64,000 nucleotides of DNA from a virus: positions 44,357-108,356 of IMG/VR virus record IMGVR_UViG_3300025778_000010. The stretch is one strand, 5' to 3'. Position 1 is the first letter of the stretch, and every line of letters starts with the position of its first letter. The notes under the pieces are model-generated. The model ran no database searches, was not told the DNA's origin, and was given only the letters and a program-made list of their open reading frames with translations. The translations under genes were made by a program, and so were the position numbers. Of the stretch, positions 45,077 through 54,974 are shown piece after piece.

Positions 45077-45634
45077 TCACACGATTTCGTTGATTGCATA
45101 CCAGGCGATCCCCGCAGCATCTGCAACATTGTCGGATTCAGTCTGGATGCCAAGCGTTCGCACAAAATCAATAGTACGCTGTTTTCTGCGTTCTCTGATT
45201 TTTCCTTTGATCCAGTTGTCGGATTTGTTTGGAAATTCAAGTTTGATAGCCTCTTTTTCAGCCTTAGTGTAGTTCTTGTTTCCAAGATATGATTGCCAAG
45301 TTATTGGATGAACTTCAACAACTTCCATATTATCACTAAGTAACTCTCCCATTATAGCACCAAATACGTAAGCCATCTTCATTCCCGTTGCTACGGATTT
45401 GACTGAAATAGCTGCTTCAATTACAACAAAATCTGCATCAAGTTCTTTTTTAAAAGATTTAATTTTTCTTTTGGCATCAAGAATTCTTTCGTATACGTCT
45501 GAGCCTTCAAAATTAATTTCTCCCCATTTAACAGCTTTATCATGATGCATAAGGCAAAATGCAAGACTATTTGTACTTGCATCAATACCCAATACTTTGT
45601 TAGATTTTGGTTTAACTAATTTTGCCAGAGACAC
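45077..45634 (-). CDS. RuvC-like Holliday junction resolvase
   Basis: VLGIDAS, VVIEA, HP.TW, DNVADA.GIA. Confidence 0.8.
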   Translation of the reverse strand: MSLAKLVKPKSNKVLGIDASTNSLAFCLMHHDKAVKWGEINFEGSDVYERILDAKRKIKSFKKELDADFVVIEAAISVKSVATGMKMAYVFGAIMGELLSDNMEVVEVHPITWQSYLGNKNYTKAEKEAIKLEFPNKSDNWIKGKIRERRKQRTIDFVRTLGIQTESDNVADAAGIAWYAINEIV

Positions 45635-45914
45635 TTTGTACCATTCTTAAAAGTTCTTGACGTTCTTTTTCTTTTTCTTCTCCTACGCATTTATCACAAA
45701 TATTTGTAGTATTGTATCTACTTAAAACAACATTGCAATTTTTATTTTTACAAATTCTTTTTGCTCCTGCAAGCCTAGCTTTTTTTTCGTAATATGCTTG
45801 TTTTAATTTTTCATTTGTTGCGATTCTACAACACTCATCAGAACAATATTTTTGATTATGTGTTTTAGGAGTAAAATTTATACCGCTTGTACATTTTTTA
45901 TAAGCACATTTCAT
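45612..45914 (-). CDS. Cys-rich zinc-finger protein
   Basis: QKYCSDECC and further CxxC motifs. Confidence 0.65.
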   Translation of the reverse strand: MKCAYKKCTSGINFTPKTHNQKYCSDECCRIATNEKLKQAYYEKKARLAGAKRICKNKNCNVVLSRYNTTNICDKCVGEEKEKERQELLRMVQSVSGKIS

Positions 45915-46699
45915 TTTTCAAGTACCAAAGGTTCAATATAAACATCGCCTTCTTCTGCTTTCATATCTTTCCAACACACTGTTTTTACAGGACAACCTTT
46001 ACATGCCCACTGCGATTTTGTAAAAGTCCTCTCTGGCAAAGTACCTGATTCATAAGCAGCATAAACTTTACGCATCCAATCCCAAACGTCATTAATAAGC
46101 TTTGTATTACGCTCATCCATATTAATTGGAATAATTAAAAAGCTGTTATCATTTTTGTTTTCATAAAAGAAAAATCCTTGATCTGCACCACGGATCTTCA
46201 TGTATGTTAAAAGCTGTACTTTATGATAAGGGAGACCTTGCATCTCTGCTTGTCTAATTGCAAATACTTCTTCTTTAGCAGACTTGATTTCTCCTACTAC
46301 TTCTTTTCCATTCCATTCAATAAATGTGTCTGCAAAGCCTCGAATTGGTGGATCATCATGGGTAACTTCTGTTTCATTTGCTCTGAAGACTGATGTTTTA
46401 GCAAGGACTTTCTGAATGCGTTCATGAACATACGTACCGTTATCCATATTAACGACACCCATAGCATCGGTTTCATTTTCAAACTCAGCACCAGTAAAAG
46501 CAATGAACCAATATCTAGGGCAGTTACCATTACCATAGCCAATACTACTAGGACTAAAAGTTTTCTTTTGAGTAAATTCATTTGGTCTCTTTCCAGCTAA
46601 AACAGCTTCTTCATACATATTTGCAAAAGCAATTGGATCAAATCCTTCTGGGTTAGACATTTTTTGAAATCTTAAGTTAGCTATTAAATCTCTTCCCAT
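45911..46699 (-). CDS. Cas4-like PD-(D/E)XK exonuclease
   Basis: SPS...CPR, GT.VH, G.AD...EIKS, Q...YM, C..CPVK..C. Confidence 0.82.
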   Translation of the reverse strand: MGRDLIANLRFQKMSNPEGFDPIAFANMYEEAVLAGKRPNEFTQKKTFSPSSIGYGNGNCPRYWFIAFTGAEFENETDAMGVVNMDNGTYVHERIQKVLAKTSVFRANETEVTHDDPPIRGFADTFIEWNGKEVVGEIKSAKEEVFAIRQAEMQGLPYHKVQLLTYMKIRGADQGFFFYENKNDNSFLIIPINMDERNTKLINDVWDWMRKVYAAYESGTLPERTFTKSQWACKGCPVKTVCWKDMKAEEGDVYIEPLVLEK

Positions 46700-47026
46700 T
46701 TATGCCCCATATCTTGCTGAATACTTTAACGCATCCACCAATCTGTTAATTGCTTCTTCTGCTGTGTAATATACATTTTTCTTTTTGCTATTCTCCCCAC
46801 CTTTTTCAAAGGTTGTGTAATAGCGTGACATTACTGCAAACTTAGCAGACAAAGCTTGCATCTTTACAATAAGGTCTGGAGCTTTAGATGACGGAACATC
46901 GGGCTTAGCAATAAGCTTAATGATTAGATCTAGGGCATAGTCAAGATCAGCATCATTCATATAAGCTTTAATATCATTAAACTCTGTTAGCTCACTGATT
47001 AATTCAATTACTGGTTTATCTGTCAT
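46700..47026 (-). CDS. conserved helical hypothetical protein
   Basis: 108 aa in the recombination operon. Confidence 0.65.
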   Translation of the reverse strand: MTDKPVIELISELTEFNDIKAYMNDADLDYALDLIIKLIAKPDVPSSKAPDLIVKMQALSAKFAVMSRYYTTFEKGGENSKKKNVYYTAEEAINRLVDALKYSARYGA

Positions 47027-47029
47027 TTA

Positions 47030-47497
47030 TTACCTTAGATTCTGTTCAATAAAAATCTCTAATTGCTCTGGCTTAATTTGTGGATTAAAGTTTAAAACAG
47101 AACCATCTTTTAAAATCAAAAATTTTTCAAAATTCCATTCTATATCAGCATTATTCTTTGAAACAGATTTTAAGTATTTATAGATTGGATGAGCATTTTC
47201 ACCATTAACTTCAATTTTAGAAGCAAGATCAAAAGTAATATTATAGTTCAAATTGCAAAAACTCTTAATATCTTCATCACTGCCTGGCTCTTGTTCATTA
47301 AACTGATTACATGGAAAACCTATAACCTCAAATCCCTGACTATTAAACTTTTTGTAAAGACTTTCTAGTCCAGCATATTGCGGAGTAAAACCACAATAAC
47401 TTGCTACGTTTACAATTAATAAAACTTTGTTTTTAAAATCAGACAAAGAGATTTCTTTGCCAGAGTTACTTAAATAACTATAATCATAAATATCCAT
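47030..47497 (-). CDS. glutathione peroxidase-family peroxiredoxin (Cys type)
   Basis: NVASYCGFTPQY, GFPCNQF..QEPG, WNFEKFL. Confidence 0.92.
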   Translation of the reverse strand: MDIYDYSYLSNSGKEISLSDFKNKVLLIVNVASYCGFTPQYAGLESLYKKFNSQGFEVIGFPCNQFNEQEPGSDEDIKSFCNLNYNITFDLASKIEVNGENAHPIYKYLKSVSKNNADIEWNFEKFLILKDGSVLNFNPQIKPEQLEIFIEQNLR

Positions 47498-47680
47498 TTA
47501 TTCTAACTCCAGCACCTTAATGCAAAAAACACAAGGATCTCCGCCATCATCAAACTCTTGCATTTGCTCATCATTAAGCGGTGGGCCTTCATGAGTATCG
47601 CAGAACACATCACTAATCCAGCCCTGTTGGTAACCGTATTGCATCCATTCATTAAAATCTAAGTTCTTATATTTGCTCAT
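47498..47680 (-). CDS. small conserved phage protein
   Basis: W...G...GWIS..FC.THEG.P...GGDPC. Confidence 0.6.
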   Translation of the reverse strand: MSKYKNLDFNEWMQYGYQQGWISDVFCDTHEGPPLNDEQMQEFDDGGDPCVFCIKVLELE

Positions 47681-47981
47681 TATGTGTCTCCCAACACTCT
47701 ACTAATTGCTCTAATAACGCCCATTCGATAACAGCCAATCTAGTTTTTTGACCCTCTCCTCCAAGGATAAGCTTAAGAACTGGGTATTTATCCCTAGAGA
47801 CCTTAAACGTATCCGTGCAAATTTTAGCCCAAATTTCCTTACTAATTGAAATTGACTTTGCATACTCTTTATAGTCAACCACGAAATTATTCCAGATAGC
47901 ATCACCTTTTTGATAATCCCCACGCCCAGAATTTTTTTGTGCTTTAGCACCATCTCTTTTTACTTCTCCACGTTCTGACAT
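47667..47981 (-). CDS. Hjc-like PD-(D/E)XK resolvase/endonuclease
   Basis: E....GA....NSG....KGD......VDYK. Confidence 0.6.
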   Translation of the reverse strand: MSERGEVKRDGAKAQKNSGRGDYQKGDAIWNNFVVDYKEYAKSISISKEIWAKICTDTFKVSRDKYPVLKLILGGEGQKTRLAVIEWALLEQLVECWETHNEQI

Positions 47982-48175
47982 TAAAGCTTAATCTCCGATT
48001 CATGATTTTTGCTACAATACCATACGACTGTATTTGTAACAACATCATACTTGGCTTCTAATACTATCTCCATACATTCGTCATTTTGACAAGTAAATGT
48101 TCCAGACATATTTTCAAGATCTGCAAGAATTCTTTTTCTTTTATGGCGATTTAAAAAATCATCAAGACTTGTCAT
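47981..48175 (-). CDS. small zinc-binding protein
   Basis: CQNDEC...CSKNH. Confidence 0.55.
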   Translation of the reverse strand: MTSLDDFLNRHKRKRILADLENMSGTFTCQNDECMEIVLEAKYDVVTNTVVWYCSKNHESEIKL

Positions 48176-49166
48176 AAATCTCCTGCTTAATTTTATTTGC
48201 TACATCTAAATTGTCACGCAAATATTCAACAGCTTTAGCACGACCTTGTAATCTTTCTTCATTTACTGTATACCAAGCTCCGCCTTTTTGAACAATACCC
48301 ATCATCTCCGCTGTATCTAGGATTTCTCCTATTGTATCAACTCCGATTTTATCCCCTTGGAAGTAAAAATCATATTGACCGCTGAGGCCCATTGGTCCAG
48401 TTTTATTGTAGTCAACGATCCAGTTAACGGGCCTGCCAACTTTTTGTTCAATGATCTTGTCACCAACTTGGACTCCAGACTTAATAGCATTTGCATCGGC
48501 TTCGGATGCCCAAAGCTTGATGACGGTGCTGGAGAAAAACTTAACTGCCATGCCCCCTGTCGGGATATGCGACGCATGCATAGAACCAAATTGGTTTCTC
48601 TGCTGAGAAATAAGAACGAGTAGCGTATTTTTGTTAGCGTAGTTAAGCATTTTGACTGCATGTGTCATGTCCTTTGCTTCTGCACCAATCTGTTTGGTGT
48701 CTTCTAGTTTCTTAAGGTCAGAGCTGTCTTTTTCAAAATAGATAGCGGGTAGTAGTGCTGAGATAGAATCTACAACAATAATATCTACTCCCGCTTCCAT
48801 TAATTGTTGTGCAACGTCCACCATATCATTAATTGATTTAGCTGGTGAATAGATAAGTGATTCTGAGTCAACACCTAAGCGAGCAGCCCACGCTGGATCA
48901 TATGAAGCTTCTGCATCAATCCATGCACATGTCTTGCCTTCTTTTTGTGCTTGACCAATCATTTGTAAGCAAAAAGACGATTTACCAGCAGACTTATTTC
49001 CCCAAATAAGAACTTGACGACCAAACCCCAAACCACCCTTAAGGCCCATTGTTAAACCAATGCTAGGAGTCTTTTGTTTTTCTACGTTTACTGTTGTTGC
49101 TAATTGCAGCCTTGCTCTTGTTTTTGGGTCTAGCTTCGCTAGAATTTCTTCTGTTACCATCGTCAT
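48162..49166 (-). CDS. recA: RecA-like recombinase
   Basis: GNKSAGKS Walker A, WIDAE, IVVDSI, ISQ.R, TGG.A.KF, KGGAWY. Confidence 0.92.
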   Translation of the reverse strand: MTMVTEEILAKLDPKTRARLQLATTVNVEKQKTPSIGLTMGLKGGLGFGRQVLIWGNKSAGKSSFCLQMIGQAQKEGKTCAWIDAEASYDPAWAARLGVDSESLIYSPAKSINDMVDVAQQLMEAGVDIIVVDSISALLPAIYFEKDSSDLKKLEDTKQIGAEAKDMTHAVKMLNYANKNTLLVLISQQRNQFGSMHASHIPTGGMAVKFFSSTVIKLWASEADANAIKSGVQVGDKIIEQKVGRPVNWIVDYNKTGPMGLSGQYDFYFQGDKIGVDTIGEILDTAEMMGIVQKGGAWYTVNEERLQGRAKAVEYLRDNLDVANKIKQEIYDKS

Positions 49167-49344
49167 GCAAACTCTTTTCTAATTCAATAGCAAGTTCTTG
49201 TATAAAAAGAACTTTACTTTCAGATAACTCATCAATAATTTTGTAGACTGATTTTTTATCTTCTATTCTAATCACAAGAAGATATTCATTTTCTGTTCCT
49301 GCCAGTATGTACGCTTGGGACATAATATATCTATTATACCTTGT

Positions 49345-49611
49345 TTAAGCGTTTTCTGCTGGAGTTTCAGTTGCTGGAAGGTCTACCAATGCAAAAACAA
49401 GAACATTCTTCTCATCATCATGCTGAATTTGGATTGTCTTTCCAGAATAATTCTTGAGAACGTCTGCTACTGGAATCTCAGTAGTGCCGATCTGGTTAAG
49501 AATTGATGCACAAATCTGCTCAAGAGTAATCTGAACGTTTGTTAACTCTTCATTTACTGTTGCAGCTGGTGTGCCTTCTGGTGCTGTACCTGTTACTTCT
49601 ACATCTGCCAT
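49345..49611 (-). CDS. hypothetical protein
   Basis: AAGGAGGTG SD. Confidence 0.65.
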   Translation of the reverse strand: MADVEVTGTAPEGTPAATVNEELTNVQITLEQICASILNQIGTTEIPVADVLKNYSGKTIQIQHDDEKNVLVFALVDLPATETPAENA

Positions 49612-49612
49612 A

Positions 49613-52600
49613 TTAAATCACCTCCTTAACATATAGGGTTCCGTCGTCCATTCTCGCAATTGCTGGATCACAAACAGTTCCTGGTTTCATTTTACCAAGT
49701 GCTGTTGTGTACATTTTTGGGAATGCAATGACTCTTTCTAAATTCTTATCAGAATCAGAAAGAATAATGTGTGCCATCATCTTGTTGGCTTTTGTTTTAT
49801 AATGTGTAAAATCTAACACTAATCTTTTGCCACTATCTATCTTTAACTTATCTTTGTAAAGCCATGTAACAAATGGGTCATCTAACTTTTCAACCACTTC
49901 GTTAATTGTAACATACTTATGAATTCTATTGTCACCAACTAAAAAGAAATACATCATTCCTGTTTCAATTTCTGTATTTTCGGCATGGAATATACCAATA
50001 GACCCAGTATCATCTACAAGCTCTACACGGCTCCAACCTTGACCTTTTTTGATTGATTTAACCATAGCAAGCAATACGTAGCAACCTTCTTCTAAAAATT
50101 CTTCAAGCGGATTAACTTGAGATTTAATTGCGGGACTTAATTTACCTGTATCAAATTTTGGTATACCAAGATATTCGTAAAGATTTTCATTTTCATTTCC
50201 CTTGCGTTTGTTATCTGGAAATGCAGCAGCACCAATTGTGTTAAGGGAGTCAACAGCACGAGAATTAATACCGCTGCCTTTTTCCATAGCGTGAGAGAGG
50301 AAAGATTTATAGTCAGCATAAGGTCTTGCACCGATAATTTTGCTACCAATACCATCTGAAATATATTTAATATTAGATAAACCAAATCTTAATGCGTTTC
50401 CTTGTATGCTGAAGTCAAGGCTAGATTCATTAACATGAGGTAGCAATACTTTGATTCCCAATCGCTTAGCTTCAAGCAAATAGTCAGTACGTGCATCTTT
50501 ATCTTTTTCATTTTTAAGAATGGCAAACATAAATTCAATAGGGTAATAATGCTTAAGCCAAGCAGTATAATAACTGAGCATAGAATAAGCAATTGCGTGA
50601 GAACGGTTGAACGAATATCCCGCATGAGCTTCAAAGTCATGCCATAACTTTGTGGCATCCTCAACAGTAATATGTTGTGAAGCACCCGTGATAAATTGGT
50701 CTTTATACGCATCAAACTCACTCGCATCCTTTTTCTTTCCGATAATCTTTCTAACCTTATCAGCATCAGCCCATGACATCCCGCCCAAATACACACAAGC
50801 CTGCATAACCTGCTCTTGATAAATAATTACACCATAGGTACGCTTTGTAAACTCCTGCATAATTGGATGTGCATACGTAATCATTTCATCGCCACGCTTA
50901 CGCTTAATATACGAAGCACCTACAGTATTCATTGCACCTGGACGAACAAGAGCGTTAGATGCTGCAAGGTCTTCAAATGTACTGACACCCATCTTCATAA
51001 GTAGATTTGTGTATGGTGTTGCTTCTGCTTGGAATACACCCTTTGTAAAACCGCTTGATAAATCAGCAAATACATTCTTATCATCTAGCGGTATGTCTTT
51101 TAAAATTATATCTTTTTTCTTGTTTGTCTTAATAATATTAACTGCATCATCAATAACAGAAAGTGTTTTAAGACCAAGTACGTCAAGCTTAATTAGTCCC
51201 AGGTCAGCAGTCTGCTCCATATCATAAGCAACTACAGGTATACGTCCAGATACAGAGTCGTCTGGATCTTTGCGAGTTTCAATAGGGACATACTTGCTGA
51301 TATCATCTTTTGCAACTACAACTCCAGCTGCATGCATACCATTTCCACGAATTTTACCACGTAGCATAGAGGCATACTTAGTTACCTCTGGATATTTTGC
51401 TCTAAACTCTGATGTGCTTTGAGATGACTCATATTCCTCAAATGTTTCAACACCTTTTAGGGCTTTATTAACTTCTCCTAGCGGTATTAAAAATGCACGA
51501 GCAACGTCACGAATTACGCCCTTATCTTTAAAATATGTATATGTAGAAATAGAGGCAACATGCTTAAACTTTTTACGCAAATATTCTTTTACTTCTCCAC
51601 GACGACGGTCCATGAAGTCCGTATCAATATCTGGGAAGTCATTACGCTCTGGATTAATAAAGCGAAAAAACAATAGGTCAAATTTAATTGGGTCTACATC
51701 AGTAATACCCATTAAATAACATACTAGAGATCCAGCAGCGGATCCTCGTCCTGGTCCAACCATGATTTTGTTATCTTTTGCCCAGCCCACCATATCGCCA
51801 ACAATAAGGAAGTAACTAGCAAAGTTTTTGTCAGCAATGACTTGAAGCTCCTCTTGGAGTCTTTCTCTGTATGTCTCATTGTCCAAATCCTTTTCTATTA
51901 GAGACTTTTCACACATTTCTTTTAATGTTTTTAAAGCATTCTTTTTTGGTACAGGAAGTAAGTCTAGATTCTCATGAAAATCATAAGCTTCAATCTTACC
52001 CGCAATCTCTACCGATGATTCATAGATGTCTTTTCTTTCAAAGCCCGCCTTGATAAAATCCACTTCAATTTCAGAACGGGATTGAATATAAACGTTAATA
52101 TCAGCGAAACTAATAGGGCGGTCGGGATAAATATGATCAAAGCGATCAAGAGTATTAGATCGTTGACGACCGCTTGCATAATCGGCATCTTTATTTTGCG
52201 TAGGCTTGGTTGAGAGGATGAGGAGTAATTCTTCCAAATCCCTCTCCTCTTTCTTTGCAAAATGACAATCTCCTGTAGCAACTGGCTTCACCTCAAATTC
52301 ATCTGCCAGAGCAAGGAGGGCAGTATTTAAACTTTCAGGATTGTGTGCTTGAACTTCAATGTAAAAATCTTTTTTAAAACGATCTTTAAACGTTTTTACA
52401 TACTCTCTTGCTTTATCATTATCTCCACGCTCAATTGCCTTAGAAATAAGACCGTTCATACAGCCTGATACTACAATTATACCGTCACCAAACTCAAATA
52501 AAGCCTCCATGTCAATACGTGGCTTATTGTAATATCCCTCAGTCCATGCAATTTGAGAAAGCTTTTGTAAATTCTTTAATCCCTCATCATTTTTAGCAAG

Positions 52601-52888
52601 AAGGATAATGTGATTATACAAGGAAGTATTGTCATCTCTTTTGGCTACCGCTCTTTTATCAAAACGATCTGTTGCTGAGATATAAGCTTCAAGACCGAGT
52701 ATAGGCTTCATGCCTAATTCTTTGGCAGCGATTTGCATATCTCTGTGAGATGACAAAGTTCCATGGTCTGTAATAGCTAAACTAGTCTGACCTTGTTGTT
52801 TTGCAGCCTCAAGTAATTCATGAGGAGTATTAAGTCCGTCCATAAGGGAGTAATGGCTGTGGACATGCAGATGTACAAAGTCAGACAT
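49613..52888 (-). CDS. dnaE: DNA polymerase III alpha subunit
   Basis: PHP domain HLHVHSHYSLMDG, GRGSAAGS, PDIDTDF, HAAGVV, KLDVLGL, YSFNRSHA. Confidence 0.96.
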   Translation of the reverse strand: MSDFVHLHVHSHYSLMDGLNTPHELLEAAKQQGQTSLAITDHGTLSSHRDMQIAAKELGMKPILGLEAYISATDRFDKRAVAKRDDNTSLYNHIILLAKNDEGLKNLQKLSQIAWTEGYYNKPRIDMEALFEFGDGIIVVSGCMNGLISKAIERGDNDKAREYVKTFKDRFKKDFYIEVQAHNPESLNTALLALADEFEVKPVATGDCHFAKKEERDLEELLLILSTKPTQNKDADYASGRQRSNTLDRFDHIYPDRPISFADINVYIQSRSEIEVDFIKAGFERKDIYESSVEIAGKIEAYDFHENLDLLPVPKKNALKTLKEMCEKSLIEKDLDNETYRERLQEELQVIADKNFASYFLIVGDMVGWAKDNKIMVGPGRGSAAGSLVCYLMGITDVDPIKFDLLFFRFINPERNDFPDIDTDFMDRRRGEVKEYLRKKFKHVASISTYTYFKDKGVIRDVARAFLIPLGEVNKALKGVETFEEYESSQSTSEFRAKYPEVTKYASMLRGKIRGNGMHAAGVVVAKDDISKYVPIETRKDPDDSVSGRIPVVAYDMEQTADLGLIKLDVLGLKTLSVIDDAVNIIKTNKKKDIILKDIPLDDKNVFADLSSGFTKGVFQAEATPYTNLLMKMGVSTFEDLAASNALVRPGAMNTVGASYIKRKRGDEMITYAHPIMQEFTKRTYGVIIYQEQVMQACVYLGGMSWADADKVRKIIGKKKDASEFDAYKDQFITGASQHITVEDATKLWHDFEAHAGYSFNRSHAIAYSMLSYYTAWLKHYYPIEFMFAILKNEKDKDARTDYLLEAKRLGIKVLLPHVNESSLDFSIQGNALRFGLSNIKYISDGIGSKIIGARPYADYKSFLSHAMEKGSGINSRAVDSLNTIGAAAFPDNKRKGNENENLYEYLGIPKFDTGKLSPAIKSQVNPLEEFLEEGCYVLLAMVKSIKKGQGWSRVELVDDTGSIGIFHAENTEIETGMMYFFLVGDNRIHKYVTINEVVEKLDDPFVTWLYKDKLKIDSGKRLVLDFTHYKTKANKMMAHIILSDSDKNLERVIAFPKMYTTALGKMKPGTVCDPAIARMDDGTLYVKEVI

Positions 52889-52913
52889 GTTTATCTTTTC
52901 TATTAGTTGTTAA

Positions 52914-53594
52914 TTACCACTCAACGGCGGAGGAAGATGCCATTGCTGGCTCTGAAGATGAATCAGAAGTAATTCCAAAATAGAATCCTTCTTGATCTGC
53001 ATAAGGTACATCACGAACTGCTGTCTTTTCAAGATCAAACAGCTCATGCTTATCTAAATCAATTGGTCCAACATCTGCGGTTGGCAAAGGAATAATTGAA
53101 TAGTTTGTATCAGTTGCAGTACCTGTACGCTTTAACTTCCAGTTAAGATTTGAGATGCTTCCAGTCTCTCCTGCATAATTAATAATTTCAGGTGTTGCAG
53201 ACTTTGGGCCAGCACCCTGAGAGAAGATTGCAACATAAGGTTCCTCTTGACCATCATCAACAAGAACGTTTGCATAAAAACGTGAGCGACCCTTCCAACC
53301 AGCTTTTGGATCACGACGATGTTGTTCGCAGCCAAAGCAACGTCCTTGATCTTCAATTGTGCAAAGTGCTTTACGCTTATAATCTTTTGGATTTGTATGT
53401 TCAACTGCAATAAATGCTAGTCCTGCTTTTTCAACATAATTCTTTGAGTCTGCATCTAGTTCTTGCATGAAACGAATTTTTAAAGATTGACCATCTTTGA
53501 GTGATAGCCATCTACCCTTTTGTGTTTCACCACTATGTGATGACTTTGATTCCATTTGCTCTGTTAAAGCATTTAAACCTTTAACGATTCCCAT
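52914..53594 (-). CDS. single-stranded DNA-binding protein (gp32-like)
   Basis: L.DG....IRF, Zn-type H/C motif, KRTG...DTNY, acidic tail; sits between primase and dnaE. Confidence 0.7.
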   Translation of the reverse strand: MGIVKGLNALTEQMESKSSHSGETQKGRWLSLKDGQSLKIRFMQELDADSKNYVEKAGLAFIAVEHTNPKDYKRKALCTIEDQGRCFGCEQHRRDPKAGWKGRSRFYANVLVDDGQEEPYVAIFSQGAGPKSATPEIINYAGETGSISNLNWKLKRTGTATDTNYSIIPLPTADVGPIDLDKHELFDLEKTAVRDVPYADQEGFYFGITSDSSSEPAMASSSAVEW

Positions 53595-53670
53595 ATTTAT
53601 TTCTCCTTGTGTAAGGGGCTATATCATGCCCTGTAACTTTAGTATACCACGTGGGTATGACTTTTGTCTA

Positions 53671-54633
53671 CTAGATATTTGCATATTCAAAATGCGGAAT
53701 AGCATTTTTTATGCATGTTTTTATTTCTTCATCTGTGAGATCGCCCACATCTTTTGCATCATGAGGATATACTTTGTCATGGTCATATCTTGCCCACAAT
53801 ACATTTTTATTCTTTAATTTAGTAGCAATTGTATTACCAAGCGACCTGCCTGCTGCATCATTATCAATCATTAATACAACTGTTGATGCATATTTATTTA
53901 AATTATGTATATTAATATCTGATATGCTACCGCCTAATGTAGCTACAGCATTTGGAAATCCCGCTTGCCACAAACGAATGGCATCAAAACTAGATTCAAC
54001 AATAATAATTGTGCCACCTTCACGCTTTGCTTTATGCAAATTAAACATTGTTTTATTGCGTGGAAGATTATGACTATTTTTAAACCTTTTTCCTTCTATA
54101 GATCTGCCAATAATTCCTACTGGAATTCCGTCTGGTGAATGAAGAGGAACTGTTACCATGCCCTGTTTATATGAAAATCCAAGTTTAAAGTGTTCCATAG
54201 CTTCTTCGGTAATTTTGCGGGATAAAAAGTATTTTTTTCCATCTGTCATATATTGCATAAGATTGTTATGTAAAGTGTCAATCTCGCCTTGACTATACTC
54301 TACAAACTCTGGTTTATCATCAAGCAATTCTTTTAATTCTTCTTCTAGAACCTCTGCTGAAGTTAACTTATTAGCAGATATAAATCTAAGGGCTTCGTAA
54401 TCATTTCTTTCAGTTAATTTTTTAACTAAATCTAAAATTGTACCTGCAGCATTACACATTTGATTATAACAAATGTAAAGTCCTTTTGAATGGCTTACTG
54501 CAAATGCTGGCGAATCTGTATTGTGATGAAATGGACAAAGACACATAAAATCTGTACCCGCCAAATAAATAATTTCAATACCGCAAGCATGCAAAATAGA
54601 GCGGAGATCCGCTTTAGTGTATGCTTCTGTCAT
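53671..54633 (-). CDS. dnaG: DNA primase
   Basis: CPFH...C...C zinc finger, TOPRIM IVES.FD, DNDAAG, KD..D. Confidence 0.9.
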   Translation of the reverse strand: MTEAYTKADLRSILHACGIEIIYLAGTDFMCLCPFHHNTDSPAFAVSHSKGLYICYNQMCNAAGTILDLVKKLTERNDYEALRFISANKLTSAEVLEEELKELLDDKPEFVEYSQGEIDTLHNNLMQYMTDGKKYFLSRKITEEAMEHFKLGFSYKQGMVTVPLHSPDGIPVGIIGRSIEGKRFKNSHNLPRNKTMFNLHKAKREGGTIIIVESSFDAIRLWQAGFPNAVATLGGSISDINIHNLNKYASTVVLMIDNDAAGRSLGNTIATKLKNKNVLWARYDHDKVYPHDAKDVGDLTDEEIKTCIKNAIPHFEYANI

Positions 54634-54927
54634 TTATTTTCCTTTAGATATTAAACTCTGACCAGAGAACCCTTCGTACTTTAAAGCTTTGGCTTTACCT
54701 AAGTAAATGCCGTACATTACAAGATTGAAAGTGTAGTGATCTTTGCTTTCATTATATTTTACATTAAATTGTGGTTGCATGTCAAGTACAGGAACATAAC
54801 CTTTGTCTCGCATTTGCTGGACCAAAAGTCTTTCATAGTTCTCCCTTGAGCTTTGGAATTTAGAATCATCTTTAATGGTTCCATTCATCCAAAAGTCATG
54901 TATCTTGCGTGGGTACATGATCACCAA
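54634..54927 (-). CDS. conserved hypothetical protein
   Basis: MRDKGYVPVLD motif; replication operon. Confidence 0.65.
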   Translation of the reverse strand: MVIMYPRKIHDFWMNGTIKDDSKFQSSRENYERLLVQQMRDKGYVPVLDMQPQFNVKYNESKDHYTFNLVMYGIYLGKAKALKYEGFSGQSLISKGK

Positions 54928-54974
54928 TCTTTCTTGATAATTAATTATATCAAGTTAATCAGTGATTACATAAA

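Noticed and set aside
45911-46699. CRISPR-Cas locus from the Cas4-like gene
   Set aside because: Solo Cas4-like exonuclease in a recombination operon; no other cas genes or array
47030-47497. Selenoprotein glutathione peroxidase
   Set aside because: The active-site codon is TGT (Cys), not TGA
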